Assembly (NCBI GenBank): GCA_012295275.1 | Contig: CM022665.1 | Span: forward strand, 34,968,001 to 35,032,000 | Source of the DNA: Chrysomallon squamiferum | Taxonomy: Eukaryota; Animalia; Mollusca | Length of the DNA stretch: 64,000 nt | Reading direction: 5' to 3' | Shown: piece by piece, positions 14,029 through 30,100 of the stretch | Layout of the letters: every line of letters starts with the position of its first letter | Position numbering within the stretch: the first letter of the stretch is position 1 | Notes under the pieces: model-generated | Database searches by the model: none | Told to the model about the DNA's origin: nothing | What the model saw: the letters and a program-made list of their open reading frames with translations, nothing else | Program-made: the position numbers and the translations under genes

Positions 14029-16071
14029 TATTACAGAGCTGATTCCAAATTCTTTTGAAAATAATTTCAATGCAATCGACAAAGAATCTATAATAACTTT
14101 CAGTGGATCTCCAAAGGTAGAAAATGTGTCAGAAATTGTCCTCAATGTTTCTGTAAGTATATTTTTTTAGTTTGCAGTTCATATATGTGGATAGGTCACC
14201 CCATCTGTATTTGTGATAGGCTCATCTTTTTAATTAATAAAATTCAGTTCTTCTTGAATGTTATTTGCTATATCCACAAGAACAACTACACACACACACA
14301 GAGACAGTTATATATATACACACACTCATACACTGTTCTTCTTATTTCTTATATGTTGTATTAGGAACAGCAAATGATCTGCCAGAAATCTGTATACCTT
14401 TATGTACTTATAAAATAACTGAGTATTTTTTTCCAATTCCAACTCCTTTCAGGTGACAGATTCTGGACAGCCGCCATTAACTGCAAATTCACAGTTCTAT
14501 ATAACTCTTCTGAATGAGAAGATCACATGCGATAATATAGACATTATATATATTGAAATAGGAGAAAGTAAAGAATACAGTCTAGATTGCACTTCCCTGG
14601 CAAATAATTCAATAAGCTATACAGCAGAAAACACAAGTAAGTTTCACCAACTGAGTAAGTGATCAAATGTGTTAATATTTCTGAGGGAATTAATACTACA
14701 TATTAAAAAGAAATATTTTAATTACAATTCAAAAGCAACTGTAGCTTCATAATGTTAAAAATGTTAAAAACTTCTAAGTTTTATAGCTGAATGAATTGCA
14801 GTATAATATAATATAAAATAACAATATTATGTATACATGTAATAAATAATCCACAGTATTACAGATACTGAAGATATAATGAAAAAACAACATTTCCAGT
14901 TCTGTTTTGTATGTGCACAATAATTTGAAACTTTTAAAGTCATAATTGTTTCTGATAATTTAACATTCAAATGAAACACACAATTCTTTCTGATTTCTTT
15001 TTCTTGATTAATTAAAACCATTTTGTCATTTTTTTTCACAGGTTCCTTACCTTTTCTTGTTGAGCTTCATCCTAATGGTAGTGTCTTTGTTAACAGTAAC
15101 AAAAACAAAACCATACCACCAAATCGTTATAACTTGAGTATAAAAGCTACAACAATCATGGACATTCAGTTTTCAGTTGAACTTCGTTTTGATTTTGGTA
15201 AATGTTTGTTTTTACTTAACATATGTTGCTTATACATATACATGTATATATAAAAAAGCCATTCATCTCCAGAAAAGAAGAAATCATAAAAATAATTTTG
15301 TCCAGGCATGAAGATTATATCAAAGGAATTAATAATGATGATGATGAATAATATATTGCTAATAAATAAATAAATTATTTAATTAACAAAAAACATTTAA
15401 ATTATAATTTTTTTTAAATAAGTAAATAAATGATAATTATAATAAATAAATAAATGATAATAATTGTAGGTAAATAATAAAAGTAATTAATGAAAAAATT
15501 AATAAATGATATATTTTAAAGTTAATAAATAAATAAACCAAAAAAACAAAAATTAATATATAAAGTGAAATAAAATAAATGATATTAAATTCTTCACATA
15601 TACACAACATAATTTAACTAAAAGTATTTTTCATTTCAGGACGTGCTCCTGTTTGTGATAATGTAACGGACACTCTAGTCCTGTCACGAGAGCTAAACAC
15701 TAATTTGTCTACACCTATCACTTGCTATAATGACCAGCAGAATCCAAGTAATGAACCCAGTGCTGACATAAACAGTGAAGCACAAGCAGCTTTTGATCTA
15801 ATAACTGTGACCAACACTTTGGCCATGTTGCTGGAAATACAGATTGTACAGAAAACATTTAGTGGGCCAAAGCAGGTATGCTTTTTATTATTCTGGTCAG
15901 TCTGACTTAAAATTAAAATCAATATAAATTTCAATATGTGTACAATGTTTAGTGAACTAAAATTAAATTTTAATTAATTAATTAATTTATGTTGCAGTAT
16001 TAATAAATTAACTTATTTATGTTCTCCTAGATGTTTTATTTATTTATTTTTTATATATTTTTGTTGTTGTT

Positions 16072-16113
<42 letters not shown>

Positions 16114-16258
16114 TTGTGTTTTCTTTTATAATTGTAGTTTCAGAAAATGTTTGATTATTGTTTTATTTTTGTTAGCTTGCTTTTTTTTTAAATTAAAAAA
16201 TGGCTTAAAATTACAGATTTATTATCTTTGGCTCATTTATTTATTTGTTTATTTATTA

Positions 16259-16297
<39 letters not shown>

Positions 16298-19200
16298 TTT
16301 TTTTTTTTGGCAGTAGTAATAGTAGTAGTAGTAGTTCCAATAATATTTTAATCATTCAGTTTCCTTTTTGTTGTTATTTATTCATTTATCTTTTTTTATT
16401 ATTATTTTTTGTTATTATTTTTAGTTAGTAATAAATGTTTCCAATAACTATGGATCAACATTTCTGACATTTAACCTTGCTCGACCACCAAAATTCACTG
16501 ACACACAAAGTCAGTTTTCTGTGCTGGAAACAGTCCAGTCAGGCACAGTAATACACACTTTTAGTGTAGATGATCCTGATCCAGAAGCTGGGGAATTAGT
16601 TGTGTTTGGTGAGTTCCAATCTTCTTATTTAAAACAACAACACCCCCAAGTCAACAACAACAACAAAATATATATATATTATATTATATATTCAGTGTTT
16701 ATTGATTTATTAAGTTTATCTTTTATGAAGTTTGGAGAGAGCAGATAATTGTTGATTTTTGTTCATGTTGTTTATTTGTTTGTCTATGTCTGAGTGTGTG
16801 TGTAAGTGTGTGTGCTGATAATATATGTGGATTAGGTTTAACATGTCAGTTACATCAATCACAATGTCAATTGTCATCTTTTTCTAAATATAAAATAAAT
16901 TATTTAAAAATATTTTTTGAAATGGGACATCAGATCATGTTTTATACAATGTAATAATAATAAAGTAAGATTAACTAAATTATAACATTGTCATAATTTA
17001 GATCAGTTTTTCTTAAACTATTTCAGTGTCATTTACTCTTGAGTCTTTATCAAAATTTTATTTATCCATAAAACCAGTGTTTTTGTAAATCACAGACTTA
17101 GACTATTTCTGTCTTTAAAACTGTATATAATTATAATATCATTGTAATTATTTATTTGTTTTATATTTATAGTTCAATCACTTTACATACATAACATAAA
17201 ATATAAATATAAAATGAATACATTTTTTCAAAAATAATTATAATATAAATAAAGCAATAATTTTAAAAGGGTGTATAAATATATATTTTTTAAAAATCAA
17301 ATAATTTAGGAAGACATTGATATAAAATAAATATTATTATAAATACGTATAAATTATTTTCATTTACTATAAAAAGACAGAAATAATCCATGTACCAGCA
17401 ACTTAGACATATCAATATTTTGTCAGATACCTTTGACAAAAATGCTGAGATACCCTTTGCTATGACTGAAAACAATTTTTCGGTAACCAAGAGTCTCAAT
17501 GCATCAGAAGTGACGAAGTATTTTCTCTCTGTGAAGGTAATTGTACATTTAACTTATAATGCATTTCTTTAATCTTCAACATTTAAATCATCACAATTTA
17601 TTTGGTACATATTGCATATATATTAAACAGTTTATATAAAATAAAAGTAGTAATAAATGTGTGATAATGTGTTAAATAATTGATTTATGGCGTATTGTGT
17701 TGAATGATACCAATTTTTTTTAAATTTATTTCTTTAGATAATACATATCTATAGCTATGATTATCTCTCTATATTCATGTGTACATATTTACCTAACTAC
17801 TTGTTCACATCTGTATTTCTGTCCAACAACCTGCTTGACTTCCTATTTATGTATGTATCAATAATTTTTATTTATCAAATTTTACTTCTAAGAATCATAA
17901 ACTGTTATTAAATAGAAGTCTCAACATAAATAATTGCAGAATTTACTCACATTTTAACAAAGCTCAGCATAAATCCAGATTTTACAAATGTTTCTGGAAA
18001 GTTATAAAATATACTTCATCTCAAAAATACTGCAAAAATATCTGTCATTTAAATTCTATATCAATGAAATAAATTCAGTGTGCTTGTAATTTATAGGTAA
18101 TAGACACAACCAACCTCACTGACACTATGAATATCACTGTTTCTGTGAATGATACCAACAACATACCATACTGTGCTTATACTGACAATGTGCTGACTCT
18201 GTCACTGGACAAACTTCAAACTCCAGGTCATCTGGTCACTCTGGCCTGCTTTGACAGTGATGTGGACACTGATTTTAAGACACTGACATTTCAGTTTACA
18301 TCTGAAAGTAATCAGCAGTTTGTTGGTAGGTTTAATTTTTATACATACAGTATTTTAATTTTTACATGTAGAATTATTTTAATTTTTGCATGTACAGTTA
18401 TTTAATTTTTAAATGTAAAAGTATTTAATTTTTAAATGTAGGATTATTAATGAAATAAATTCACTGTGTTTGTAATTAAATACAGGTAACAGACACAGAT
18501 ATTTAATATTTACAAACAGAATTATTAAATTTTTACATTTTGCTTTATTTAAATTTTTTTTGGTACAATAATTTAATTTTTACATGTAGAGTATTTAAGT
18601 TTTACATGTACAACTGATTAATTTTTACATGCATAATTATTTCATTTTAACATCTACAGTTGTTTAAGGTTTATGTATTTTGTAATACAGGATTAATGAC
18701 ATTTTACTTTTGTAATTTTTATTTGGATTTATTTACATTTTTAGATGCACAATTTAATTTTTATAGTTAGTATTATTCAATATTTACATTTAGAATTATT
18801 TAAGTTTATTGCAGTTACTGAATTTAAGCATATGCATTTGATTATATTTTTACGTGTTCAATTATAAAAAATTTATTGTCAAATTATATAATGTTTACAT
18901 GAGGACTTATTTAATTTTTACATTTAATTACTTCATATTTTAAATGCGAAATTATTTAATTTTTACATATGGTATTATTTAATTTTTACATTTATAACTG
19001 CTAAATGTTTTGAGATGTTGTTCATTTATTCATTCATTTATTTGATAGTATCAATTGTTTCTCATGGTTTCATATACAGATTTCTTTCAATTTGGTGACC
19101 CACCAAGTGAGTTGCTGTTGAACAAAACTCTAGCAGATAAGGATCTGCCAGAATCAAATGTTATCGCTCTCAAAGTGAAGATCAGTGATAATGGGCAGCC

Positions 19201-21704
19201 ATCTTTATTCATTGAACTGAGCATCAATATTCAAGTATTTGGTAAGTATGTTTAAAATTTCATTTCAGCAATATGAGTGAAAATAGTAATATTTAAACTG
19301 AAAAAATTTGATAGATTAAACGTTTAGTACAGATTTGTGAATTATTTAGAATTTTAATTAATACTGATCAAACTGAAATGTTCATGACCATAATAACATT
19401 ATGCTAATTATGTTGTGTCAAAAAAGAAATAAAGAAATGGAATAATAAACAAAGTAATAATTATTGTTGTTATTATTGTTATTATTTTTATTATTATTGT
19501 TGTTAATGTTGTTAATATTTTTATTGTTGTTGTTGTTATTATTATTATTATTATTACTACTATTACTATTACTATTATTATTTTTCTTTTTTTTCCCCCC
19601 CAGATAATCGACCATTTTGTCCAATATCAAACCTTCATCTGGAAATATCAGAAATGTCCCAAGTGGGTGAATGTTTTAATGTAAGTCACAACTGCACAGA
19701 CCCTACATTAGCTGGGCTTTCATTCAGTTTTAATTCTACAGGGAACAGTGAGGCTTCAACGTACCTCGCAATAAGAGAATTGCCAGGCATTGTAAATGAC
19801 ATGGCTTTCTGCCTTACAAAATCTGTCTATGGCAAACCAGATACCTACAAGGTTGGTTATTAACATAAATATCAGTAATATTAATAATAATACTTTTATA
19901 TAATAGCTAATTAAAGTAATTACTTAATAAAATATGAAAGGTTCAGATTTTTATCTTCACTGTTATCTTGAACATGCAACCACCAATCAACAACAATAGG
20001 AGTGGTAACAGTAACAATAACAAATGACTAGGACAACATTTTTTGTGATAGTAGTAGCAGTAGGGGTAGTAGAATCAAAGCAGCAGAATTATTAGATGCA
20101 TATACCCACATAAGGTACTTTACACACACACACATACATGTACACTGAAAACACACATACACACACACATATATATATACATATATACATACATACATAC
20201 ATATATGTTCATTTATACATACAGACACAAACATACACATATACAAGAAAACCACATAACAGTTGAAAAACAACTTTTCTATTTATTTACCTATTGTGTT
20301 ATTTATTTATTAAATTTTTATTTTTTTAAATTTAATTTATTTGTTTCTTTGATTATTTGCTTGTTTATTTATTTATTTACTTATTTGTTTGTTTGTTTGT
20401 CTCTCTGTTTATTTATTTATTTAAATTTTCAGTCTCAAATAATGGTTGTCAACAGAAATCACAGTACTCTAATCAGCTTGTCTCTGATTGTTGAGGATAT
20501 CAATGAGGTTCCCACTTTTGTGAATCTTCCAGAAGATGGTCTCTTTACTGTGATGGAGAACACAGCAATTGGAACTTCAGTCATATCTATAACAGCAAAT
20601 GATGTTGATTCTAACACCACCTCATTTGGACAGTACTCAATTTACATTAATCGTAAGATGTTTTCACAGAAATATTAAAACAGATAACATTCATGCTTCT
20701 TTATATCTTTTATGATCCATGGAATAAATTATTGGCAAAGTCGTTACATTTTTCCTATTGTTGTATTTGCAGTTTGTTTGTTTTATCATTTTTTTAAACA
20801 AAATTTGTCAGTACTATTCATTACTGTCATGCTGATAATTTATCATTAATAAGGGCTTCTGGAGTGCAATAATTAAATTTATTTAATAAAGAAATTCTCT
20901 TAACCCTGATTTATTTACATCTTAAATCTTGAAGCAGTGAATTCAGTTATTATGTAATATATAATTTTAATAATTTTTTATCCATAAATTGTTTGTGAAT
21001 ATATGAGAAAAGCAGTTTTTCAAATATTTTTAACTTTAATCATTACTAATGCAATAGTTTTTTCTTTGTGACTGATCTGTACAATTTGCATATTTACATG
21101 TGTATGTTTGTTACTGTAGTTGGTATTATTAATAAGTTATTATTTATTTCAGCTGTGAGTCCAGATCAACAACATCATTTCAACTTCACAGAAGATACAT
21201 TCATAGTGGCAGAAAAGCTCAGTGCTGCACAGCAAATGGTTTACACATTTAATGTTGAGGTCAGTAACTATAGTCATCAGTATCATCATAATCATCATCA
21301 TTCTTGTTGTTATTGTTATTATTATTATCATTATTACTATTATTATTACTATAATTTTTGTTTTGTTATTGTTGTTTTTGTTATTATCATTTTCAACATT
21401 ATCATCATAATCATCATCATCATTAATAAAAGTTTTATTCATTATTTTTTCCCCTATATCATAAGATATGTATTGTAAAATATTTGATACTATTCTGAAA
21501 ATTCTTAGCTGTTTTGTTTAAGTTATTATAGTCCCACTAAACCAAATGTACAAGAGAAAACTCCTCTGTAATACATTAAAGGTTAACAGTATTTGTATTA
21601 AAACATAGTTAACTACTGGTGTGAAACAAAACAGCCTTTATTATTAGGTTCAGTTTGTGTTTGTAGATAGTTAAATGAGTCTGTGCACTGGAGACTGAAG
21701 AAGA

Positions 21705-21739
<35 letters not shown>

Positions 21740-24117
21740 GACAGAGAAAGAGATATATATATATATATATATGACTGGTTTATCAAAGACTGTGCTATGT
21801 TTTCTTGTCTTTGGAAGATATTAAAAAACACTTTCTACTTGTAGAAGCTTGCAGATATTTTTTTCTGAAGACTGCATGTCAGACATTGTTAAATAAGACA
21901 AACTTAAGCATTTTAGAAAATTGTTATTTATTTTGTTTCCAGGCTGTTGATGGAGGTGAACTTTCTGTTTCCACGGTTATCAAGATTCAGATAATTGATG
22001 TGAATGAGTCTCCTGTGTGTTCACCTGTCATGTATACATCAGTGGTTGAGGTGGTTGCACCTGTAGGTACCCACATTACAAACATTAGCTGTACAGATCC
22101 AGATGTTTATGACAACTACACAACAATAATCTACAAAATTGAGCAACCTTACTCATGTAAGTTGTTTAGTAATTGTGATTTACATTTTACTTTAAAAACA
22201 ATTTAGTATTATATAATAATCATTATAATATCTATTGTGTTCCTTGTAATTGTTTTTTTTGTTTTTGTTTAATAGGAAACATTCTGCTTTAGATTCTTTA
22301 CTTCGTCTGTTTTGAATTCTTCCTTGTCAACTGTTCTTTGGAACAAAATTCTAATCTGCTGAATAATTTATTATCACAAATGCTAATTTATAATGCTTTG
22401 ACATTCATTCTTATTCCTATTACCTAAATAATACAACATAATTTACTCCTGTGCTGAGTACATTTTTGTGTTCATTTATTTGCAACATAATTTCAGATCT
22501 TTTCAACATGTCTGACAGAGGAGAAGTTATTTTAGCCAATATGTTACCTTTAGATCAAGACAAACACAACATCACCATCACAGTGTTCAATGACATCGAC
22601 AAAAATATTTTTACATCTGTTTCTGTTATCATCACTGTCAATAGTAAGTTTATTTTTGGATTATTTTATACATTAATGGAACAAATTATTATAATTACAG
22701 AAATGATGTATGCAAGTTTTTAAAAGATATACATTTATGTTTGTGTTGTGATAAACATTCTAGATTATAAATATTCTTCAGGATCTTATCCACCCAGTTG
22801 CAGTGCTTCTGCAGAACAGACACAGCTCAAGGACACTGATTCTACAGGCACATGTGGTAGCAGTTTAATCACATGTACAAGTCCAGTACATGGAGGTCTG
22901 AGTATTGAAGTAGCAGGAAACCTGACAGCAAATGTTGATGTCCAGGTGAAGAACACTACATCTGGTATTACACTACAAATCTGCGTGATATCATCTCTGA
23001 GAGACAGTATTGGCAAATATCAAGTAATCATTCTGTTTATAATAAATAAAAATCTAAAGACAAAGAAGAAAAGAAACAAGTAAAAAATAAAATAAATCAG
23101 TAAATAAATGTAAAAGAAAAAAGTAAATAATAATAAAATAAGTTTTAATGTAAGCTAATTATAACAATAAATTAGTAATAAATAAATGTCATAGAATAAA
23201 TAAATTATAAAATAAATATATATAAGAAAAGAATAAATAAGTAAATAATAAAATAATGAAATAACTGTTGATATATAGGTCAATAAAAAAATATTAATAA
23301 ATGAAGTATTTAAATTGATACACACTATTTACAATATGTTTTAATTAGATTTTGAATTTTATCATACTAAATCTCAAAAACTGTTGCATATTGTTAATAT
23401 TTTGTATATATTTAATTTCTTACGATTTTATTGTTAAATACATTACATTTGGATTGTTCTACAATTTTATTTTAATTTTTAATTTTTTTTAAGGTTAATA
23501 TCACTGTAGAGAATCAGGTTCAGCAATGCAAATATGTGACCTGGCTTTTAACAGTTGTTGATGAAAATGAACCACCTGTGTTTCAGCAGTTGACATATAA
23601 TATAGCAGTCAATGAAACTGTAGCAAACAGCTCAACTATACTTTCTGTAGACATTGGAACAGGAATGACATTTTCTGAAACATTTGATGGGAAAGTAATA
23701 GAAATAAAAGACCCAGATGTGCACACTGATTCCAACCAAATCAAAAACATTGCTGCTGACCGTATGTTTTTAATAATTTTTTCATATACGGTTTTGTTAA
23801 CTGAAGATAAATATTTTTGTGAAATTCAGAGTAATTAGAAATATGAAACTTGAATATGAATGAATGAAATTATTCATCATGAGATTTCTTGCAATTTACT
23901 CACAAGTGTAAATGGAAAAAACGTTAAATATGGTGAATAAAAAGAAAGGCATTATTATAATTATTTTCTGTAAATATTAACAAAAGCATTTCTTATATTC
24001 AACAAGACATAATTACATATCAAAATTATTTTAATAATAATAATAAAATAATAATAACAATAATAATAATAATAACAGTAAAAATGAAATAAATAATTAC
24101 AGTAACAACAACAATAC

Positions 24118-24166
<49 letters not shown>

Positions 24167-27100
24167 TATAATAATAATGGTAGTAATAGTAGTAGTAAAT
24201 AATAACAGTCATAACTGAAATAATAAAAAAATAATGCAGCTTACTGAGATTTTTTCTTTCATTATTCTTAATTTGTTTTTTTCTTTTGTGTTCTTTACAG
24301 CTCAAGCACTATCAAAGGCTGATAACTCTGTGGTTCAGCTTACAGACTTTCCAATTAAATTCAATCGAAGTGCATTTTTTGTGACTGGTACACTGAGTGA
24401 ATCACTGATTTATACTTTCAACATTACAGTAAGACATTATTACCTTTGATATTGTCTTGTTTTTTTTTGTGGGGGTGTTGTTATTTGTTTTGATTTTTAA
24501 AAATATTTAACATTTATTTTTTAACATAATAAAATCTTTCTTTATTTTCTTTGAAAAAAATAAAAAGAGAAATTATTATTTTCTGAAATGGAATTTTGTT
24601 CTTGTTTTAAACAGTAAATAATTAGAAAAACAAGTAAATAATGACTAATTACAATTACTATTAAAACACGATCAGTGTGAAATTGTTATTTTCATAAATA
24701 AACCATTTTGCTTACCATTATTAAATGTCTGTTATGAAAAGCTTGTAAATGATTCCTAATAAAAGTTACAATTAAAATACAATCAGTATCAGTTTATGCT
24801 AAGAGTCATTATATTATGTTAATCAGTTGCACCATTAAATAATATAAATTTTTTATTTACTTTCAGATAACAGATGGAGGTGGTTTGACAGCTAGTGCTA
24901 TGTTGATAATTAATGTTAACGACATAAACGAAGCTCCAGTCTGCACTACATCATCAGTCACAGTGGACAAGACACTGTTACTAACTGAGGACAAAACAAT
25001 TGTAAAACTTTCATGTACAGATGATGATTATCAAGAATCCTACAAAGTAACTGAATACAGATGTGATGGACAAGACAAAGGTATTAATTAAATTATTTTC
25101 ATATCAGTAATTGTGGTAAGGTATATGTTACGATCAGAAACTTTCTAAAATACAATATCTTAAATTTTGAATAAGAAAAACAGAACTTTTTAAATTTCTA
25201 AATAAGTGAAGTTGTAAAATAGAAATTCTTAAATTTTCTATCAGTGACCATTTTTCAGTAAATTCCAATATTTACCATTTAATTACTGAAACAATGAGGT
25301 AATAAATTAATCATCTGAGACTTCTGTGTGCTATCTCACAAATTAATGAATTAGAATAAATGTTTAATAATACTTAAGCCGTTTTAATATTCTCTGTTAT
25401 TTAGTGTGAAAATATGACATATAAGAAAAAAATGGCATTGTTATTCCATAGGTTATAACTAATGACTCACAGCAAGAAATCTATGGTTCAAAAAAATTAA
25501 TTTATCATGAAGTAAGTAAGCTGTGTGCATTATTTTTAGGGAAGCAAAAACAATTTACTTGTGTTTGCTATTTTTTTGTGAAAAACAAAGCACTATCTTC
25601 CAAAAAACATAAAACTTGATGTAAAAGCTTTAAAAGTTTTGATCTTTAATCTTTGTGCTCATCAAATAAAGGATAATAAAAGAGAAAAATTTTCTACTTA
25701 GTATAATTTTGCTGAAGATTAAAGATTACTGGTTTATGAAATATTTGTTTCTATTTCTGCAAGGTTTCAAATGTTACAAAAGTGTGGAATTCTCTTGGAA
25801 CAAAATAGTAAATGAGTTATTGGGGCAAAAACATTTTCTTTTTGGGAGATGGTTATTTATGTGCACTGTTTTGATAGTTGTGAAAGTACTTATCCTGACT
25901 GAAAAACCAGTCATCAAACTGATTTTAAATAAATGATTAAATAGAAACACTAAGAAAATTGTTATTATTTTATTTGTTTCAGAATATTTCAGGATCTCAT
26001 CTAGAGGGATTGTGGACATAGTAGACAGGTTACCTAGAGATAAAGACTTACTTAACTTCAGTGCTGTTGCTGTGGATGCTGCTGATTCTAATTTAGTGTA
26101 TGTGGTGAACATAGTTGTTAATGTGAACCGTGAGTATCTAATACAGGTTTTAAAAACTTTTTTGAAAAGTCTAAATATTATATTAAAGATATAAATAATA
26201 ATAATAAAATGTTAATATAAAAGAAGGTGTGATAATACTGAAAACTAAGCTGTCTTAGCTGATAATAAATTACAACAAAAGAGGGCACTGCCCTTTTCCA
26301 GTAGTGTGGCATTTCTTGTGTGTGTGGAGGATAGTTACCTATAAGTTAGACTTATTCTAGTCTCATGATGGAGTTTTAAATTGAAACTTGATCTTATTCT
26401 TTGACCACTTTGTATAGGCGACATTCCAGCCACCTGTCAAGTCACACGATTTCCACCTGTGACTTGGGTGATCAGCAGCTGCTACAACATCACGCTAGGA
26501 TGCATAGATCCCACCACTGGTGACACCAGCACCCTCAGCTATAAGTTCTCAGGCAACTACACCTCTGGCTTCAACTTCACTGAGACAGATGGCAGCATTA
26601 TTTTGTGCTACACTAAAACAGAGAGTGGAATGTACACGGTAAGTTTAGTCTAAGAAATTTCTACATTTGTACACTATACTTACTTCTTTGTTAGTTCATT
26701 TTGTACTTTACTAATCCATGCACAGATATAGTTATGCACACATGCTTCTAATATACATACACATCATATCCACAGGTAAACACACATTATATACATACCG
26801 TATATACTTGTGTACAAGGCGACCTTATGTATAAGTTGATGTGTATTTTAAGACCAAAAATTGCGTCATTTTAGGTATTACTTGTGTATAAGTCGACTGT
26901 AGATTCCAGGCACTGTCACTATTTTTAGACCAGTGTGACAGTGCCATGAAGGCCTACATTGTACGCCTACTGTAACATAACTTGCACGAGCTGTAACTTG
27001 CACGAACATACCATAATAACGTAAATGCATGTATTACACGAGCTATAGCCTAAATGTATCATAAATAGTATCTCTTTAATGTAATAGGTCTAACATGGAG

Positions 27101-30100
27101 ACCTAACTTACCGTTATATTTAGCCGTTCTATGATTTCACGATTGCAATATTATTTCACCAAAATCTTTACAATTACACAAGTGAGTTTTGTTTATGAAA
27201 TTAGGACCGATATTTAGTGCAATTTGGCAGAGAAGTCTGCATTCCTAGATCATTGCAAGACGCCGTAAGGCATAATGCCGTACTGACGGTTTTCTTGCTT
27301 TAAAATGTATTTTTATGTCATTAAACGGAAGAATATCATGTTTTACATTCATATTTGGTTTTGTCATTTAATTTTTCAAAATTTTTTATACGATAAAATT
27401 ATATTTTTGAAAAGCTGAAAGACCGCGATTATTTTAGATGCATCCAGTAGCAAAAAATAGTCAAAATGGTGACTCTTCAGCAACAGCTACAAAAGCATTA
27501 CCTATGTATAAGTCGACCCCCCAAATATTACCTTAATATAGTCTCCCAAAAATTCGACTTATACACAAGTATATACGGTATTTCATTTATTCATTCATTT
27601 ATACACTGATACACACACAGCAAACGTACACATGCACATACACAACTCACACCCAAACCATAAATTTTGTTTTGTTAACAGCTGACAATAAAAATACAAA
27701 TGTTAATTAATTTTTTTTTCAAAATAAACACTTCCATTATTGTCATATGTATTTCAGATTAACACTGAGGTAGATAATGGACTGAAAGTGGCAAACCTGA
27801 AAGAACTAATTGAAGTGCAGTATGAACGATCTACTCCTGTATTCCTGAATATCCCAATTCAGAAGACAGTTATTAATAGTGCTGAAGTGGGCAGTGTGCT
27901 GTTTAATGTCACTGCTAAAACAACTGGTCAATTTGCTGGGAATATCATCTACTCACTACTAAGTATGTGTATAATTGTTTTGTTATAAAAATTAATATCA
28001 GTAGTCTAAACTCTGACTGATCAGCAGATCAGTTCTTGTTTGTGTTCCCACTGGCCTATTTCACTTTCCAGCCTTTGTTTCTTTATCAAAAAGTACAGTT
28101 AAATGCTTTTCCTATAGAGAGAATAATTGATAAGAGTAGCTCATAAATTGAAGATAGTAGATTTCCTCTCTTATCAGTGTATACAAAATTTTTTTGTCTG
28201 ACACCAAATAACCATTAATATATAAAAATATTTTGAAATGTCTTCTTCTTAAATTCAGCTTAATATCCTAGTGCACAATCTTATTCAAATTTTAATTTAA
28301 TTACATTATGAGGTACTGAATGAGAATATTATTTCATATATATTTTACAGGAAATAGCCTTATTGGGAAATATGTATAATTTCTGAAAAATTTCAAAAAT
28401 ATGTGTAATTTCTGATTTACTCAGGAAACTGGCAATGTAATGGCTGCAAGTAGACCATGTTTTGGCTGCATTGAACCCACCAATTCCACAAAAGGGGAAT
28501 ACTTAATTTTGTGGTGAAAAATGGAGTTCTGAAATTGAACAAACTTGAGTCTAAAAGTCCATTCAGTTATAGTTTTGTCCTCAGCAACAAATAAGCATGA
28601 ACTTAATGTCACAGTTTGCTCTTCCTACAGTTCCTTTGTTCTGGGGATGCCTAGGTTTCACTTGGACAAACACCACCTCTGGCCATATTACTTTCAGTTC
28701 AGTGATTACATATATTTTCAGAAATTTTCAGACATTATACATATTTCCTATAACATATATTCAGATACATTTACACAGAGAAACACATTGTCATAAGTTA
28801 TTTAGAAAAACAAAATCATTTCAGAAATTCATAGAAACTGGTTCTTTTTGGGACAAATGTAATATACTTTTATTAATCCAAAACATTTCATTATTTTAGG
28901 CCAAATAATATTACAAACACTGATGTTACTTAATAATAATTATTTATCATGCATTTAGAATCAAATCCTGTCTCAGCTATTGATGCATTTGACATCAATT
29001 CAAACACAGGAGAAATCACAGCTAAAAAAGCTCTCAAGGATTTGATTGGGAAAAACATTGATTTATATATCCAGGTAAAAATTATTTGTTTTATTTTATT
29101 TTATTTTATTTATTTGTTTTTAAATTATGTTTTCAAATTAGTGTGTCAAGCGTTTTGAACAAAAAGTTTTATGAGCAATTTTGAGATTAATATTTTGGAA
29201 AATTATCTCATTAAGACTTAACCTCTGTTTTATAGTGGTGATAGTGTAACTACAAAAATTTAGTTGAAAAATATTTGCCTGCTGAATGTCATTTTAATTG
29301 TAATATTTGTTGATCTAGAACTAATTAGTAAATTGCTCTGAAAAGAAAATTCCAGTCTAAATATGAACCCATTATCAGTTAGTATTAAATTTAAAACCTT
29401 AAAATTCAGTATTAATATTACAATTATATTCATCAGTGGAGTTTGCTATGCTTTAGTTATAGAAATTCCTGAAACATGAATCTGTCTGATCAGTTTTCAG
29501 ATATTCTTTTTAAGTTTTTCCTGTCCATAAAGACTGTAGAATATATAATCCAGTCCATCATAAGGAATGTATGAAACATAATAAATGAAAGAAATCCAGC
29601 TGTGTATATGAAACATTTCAAGCTGTATTTATGAGAGTTCAAACTGCATCTGTGAAAGATTTCTACCTGTGTATGAAATAAGTCTTTTTGTGTGTATGAA
29701 AGAACACTAGCTGTGGGTATGAAAGATTTCTAGCTGCATGTACAAAATAACCCATCCAGTGTTTATGAAATCATTTGTGCTGTGTATATTATTTAATAAG
29801 TATAATCATCACAGTAGTGGAAATAGATTTTCTTATCACCAATATACAAAACAGATATATCAGACATTTTCTAACTATTAATATTAAATTGCATTGAGCT
29901 GTTGTTAAACACAAAATTAATTATTTTATTCATATGTATTGGTCTTTTTGTTTTTTCAAATTATTTACAGGCTTTGGATGAAAGGTCAAGGTTGAAAGCT
30001 TCTGCAGAAGCTGTGATTACTGTTGATGAGAAAAATCTCAAACCTATTTGCCCTGAACGTTCCGCTAAAGATACCATTAACATAGATATGACTGAATCAG

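Noticed and set aside
28421-28899. Overlapping ORFs in intron 23 as possible extra exons
   Set aside because: Exons 23 and 24 already join in phase and fit the 5-exon periodicity; the ORFs lack cadherin motifs and good splice sites.
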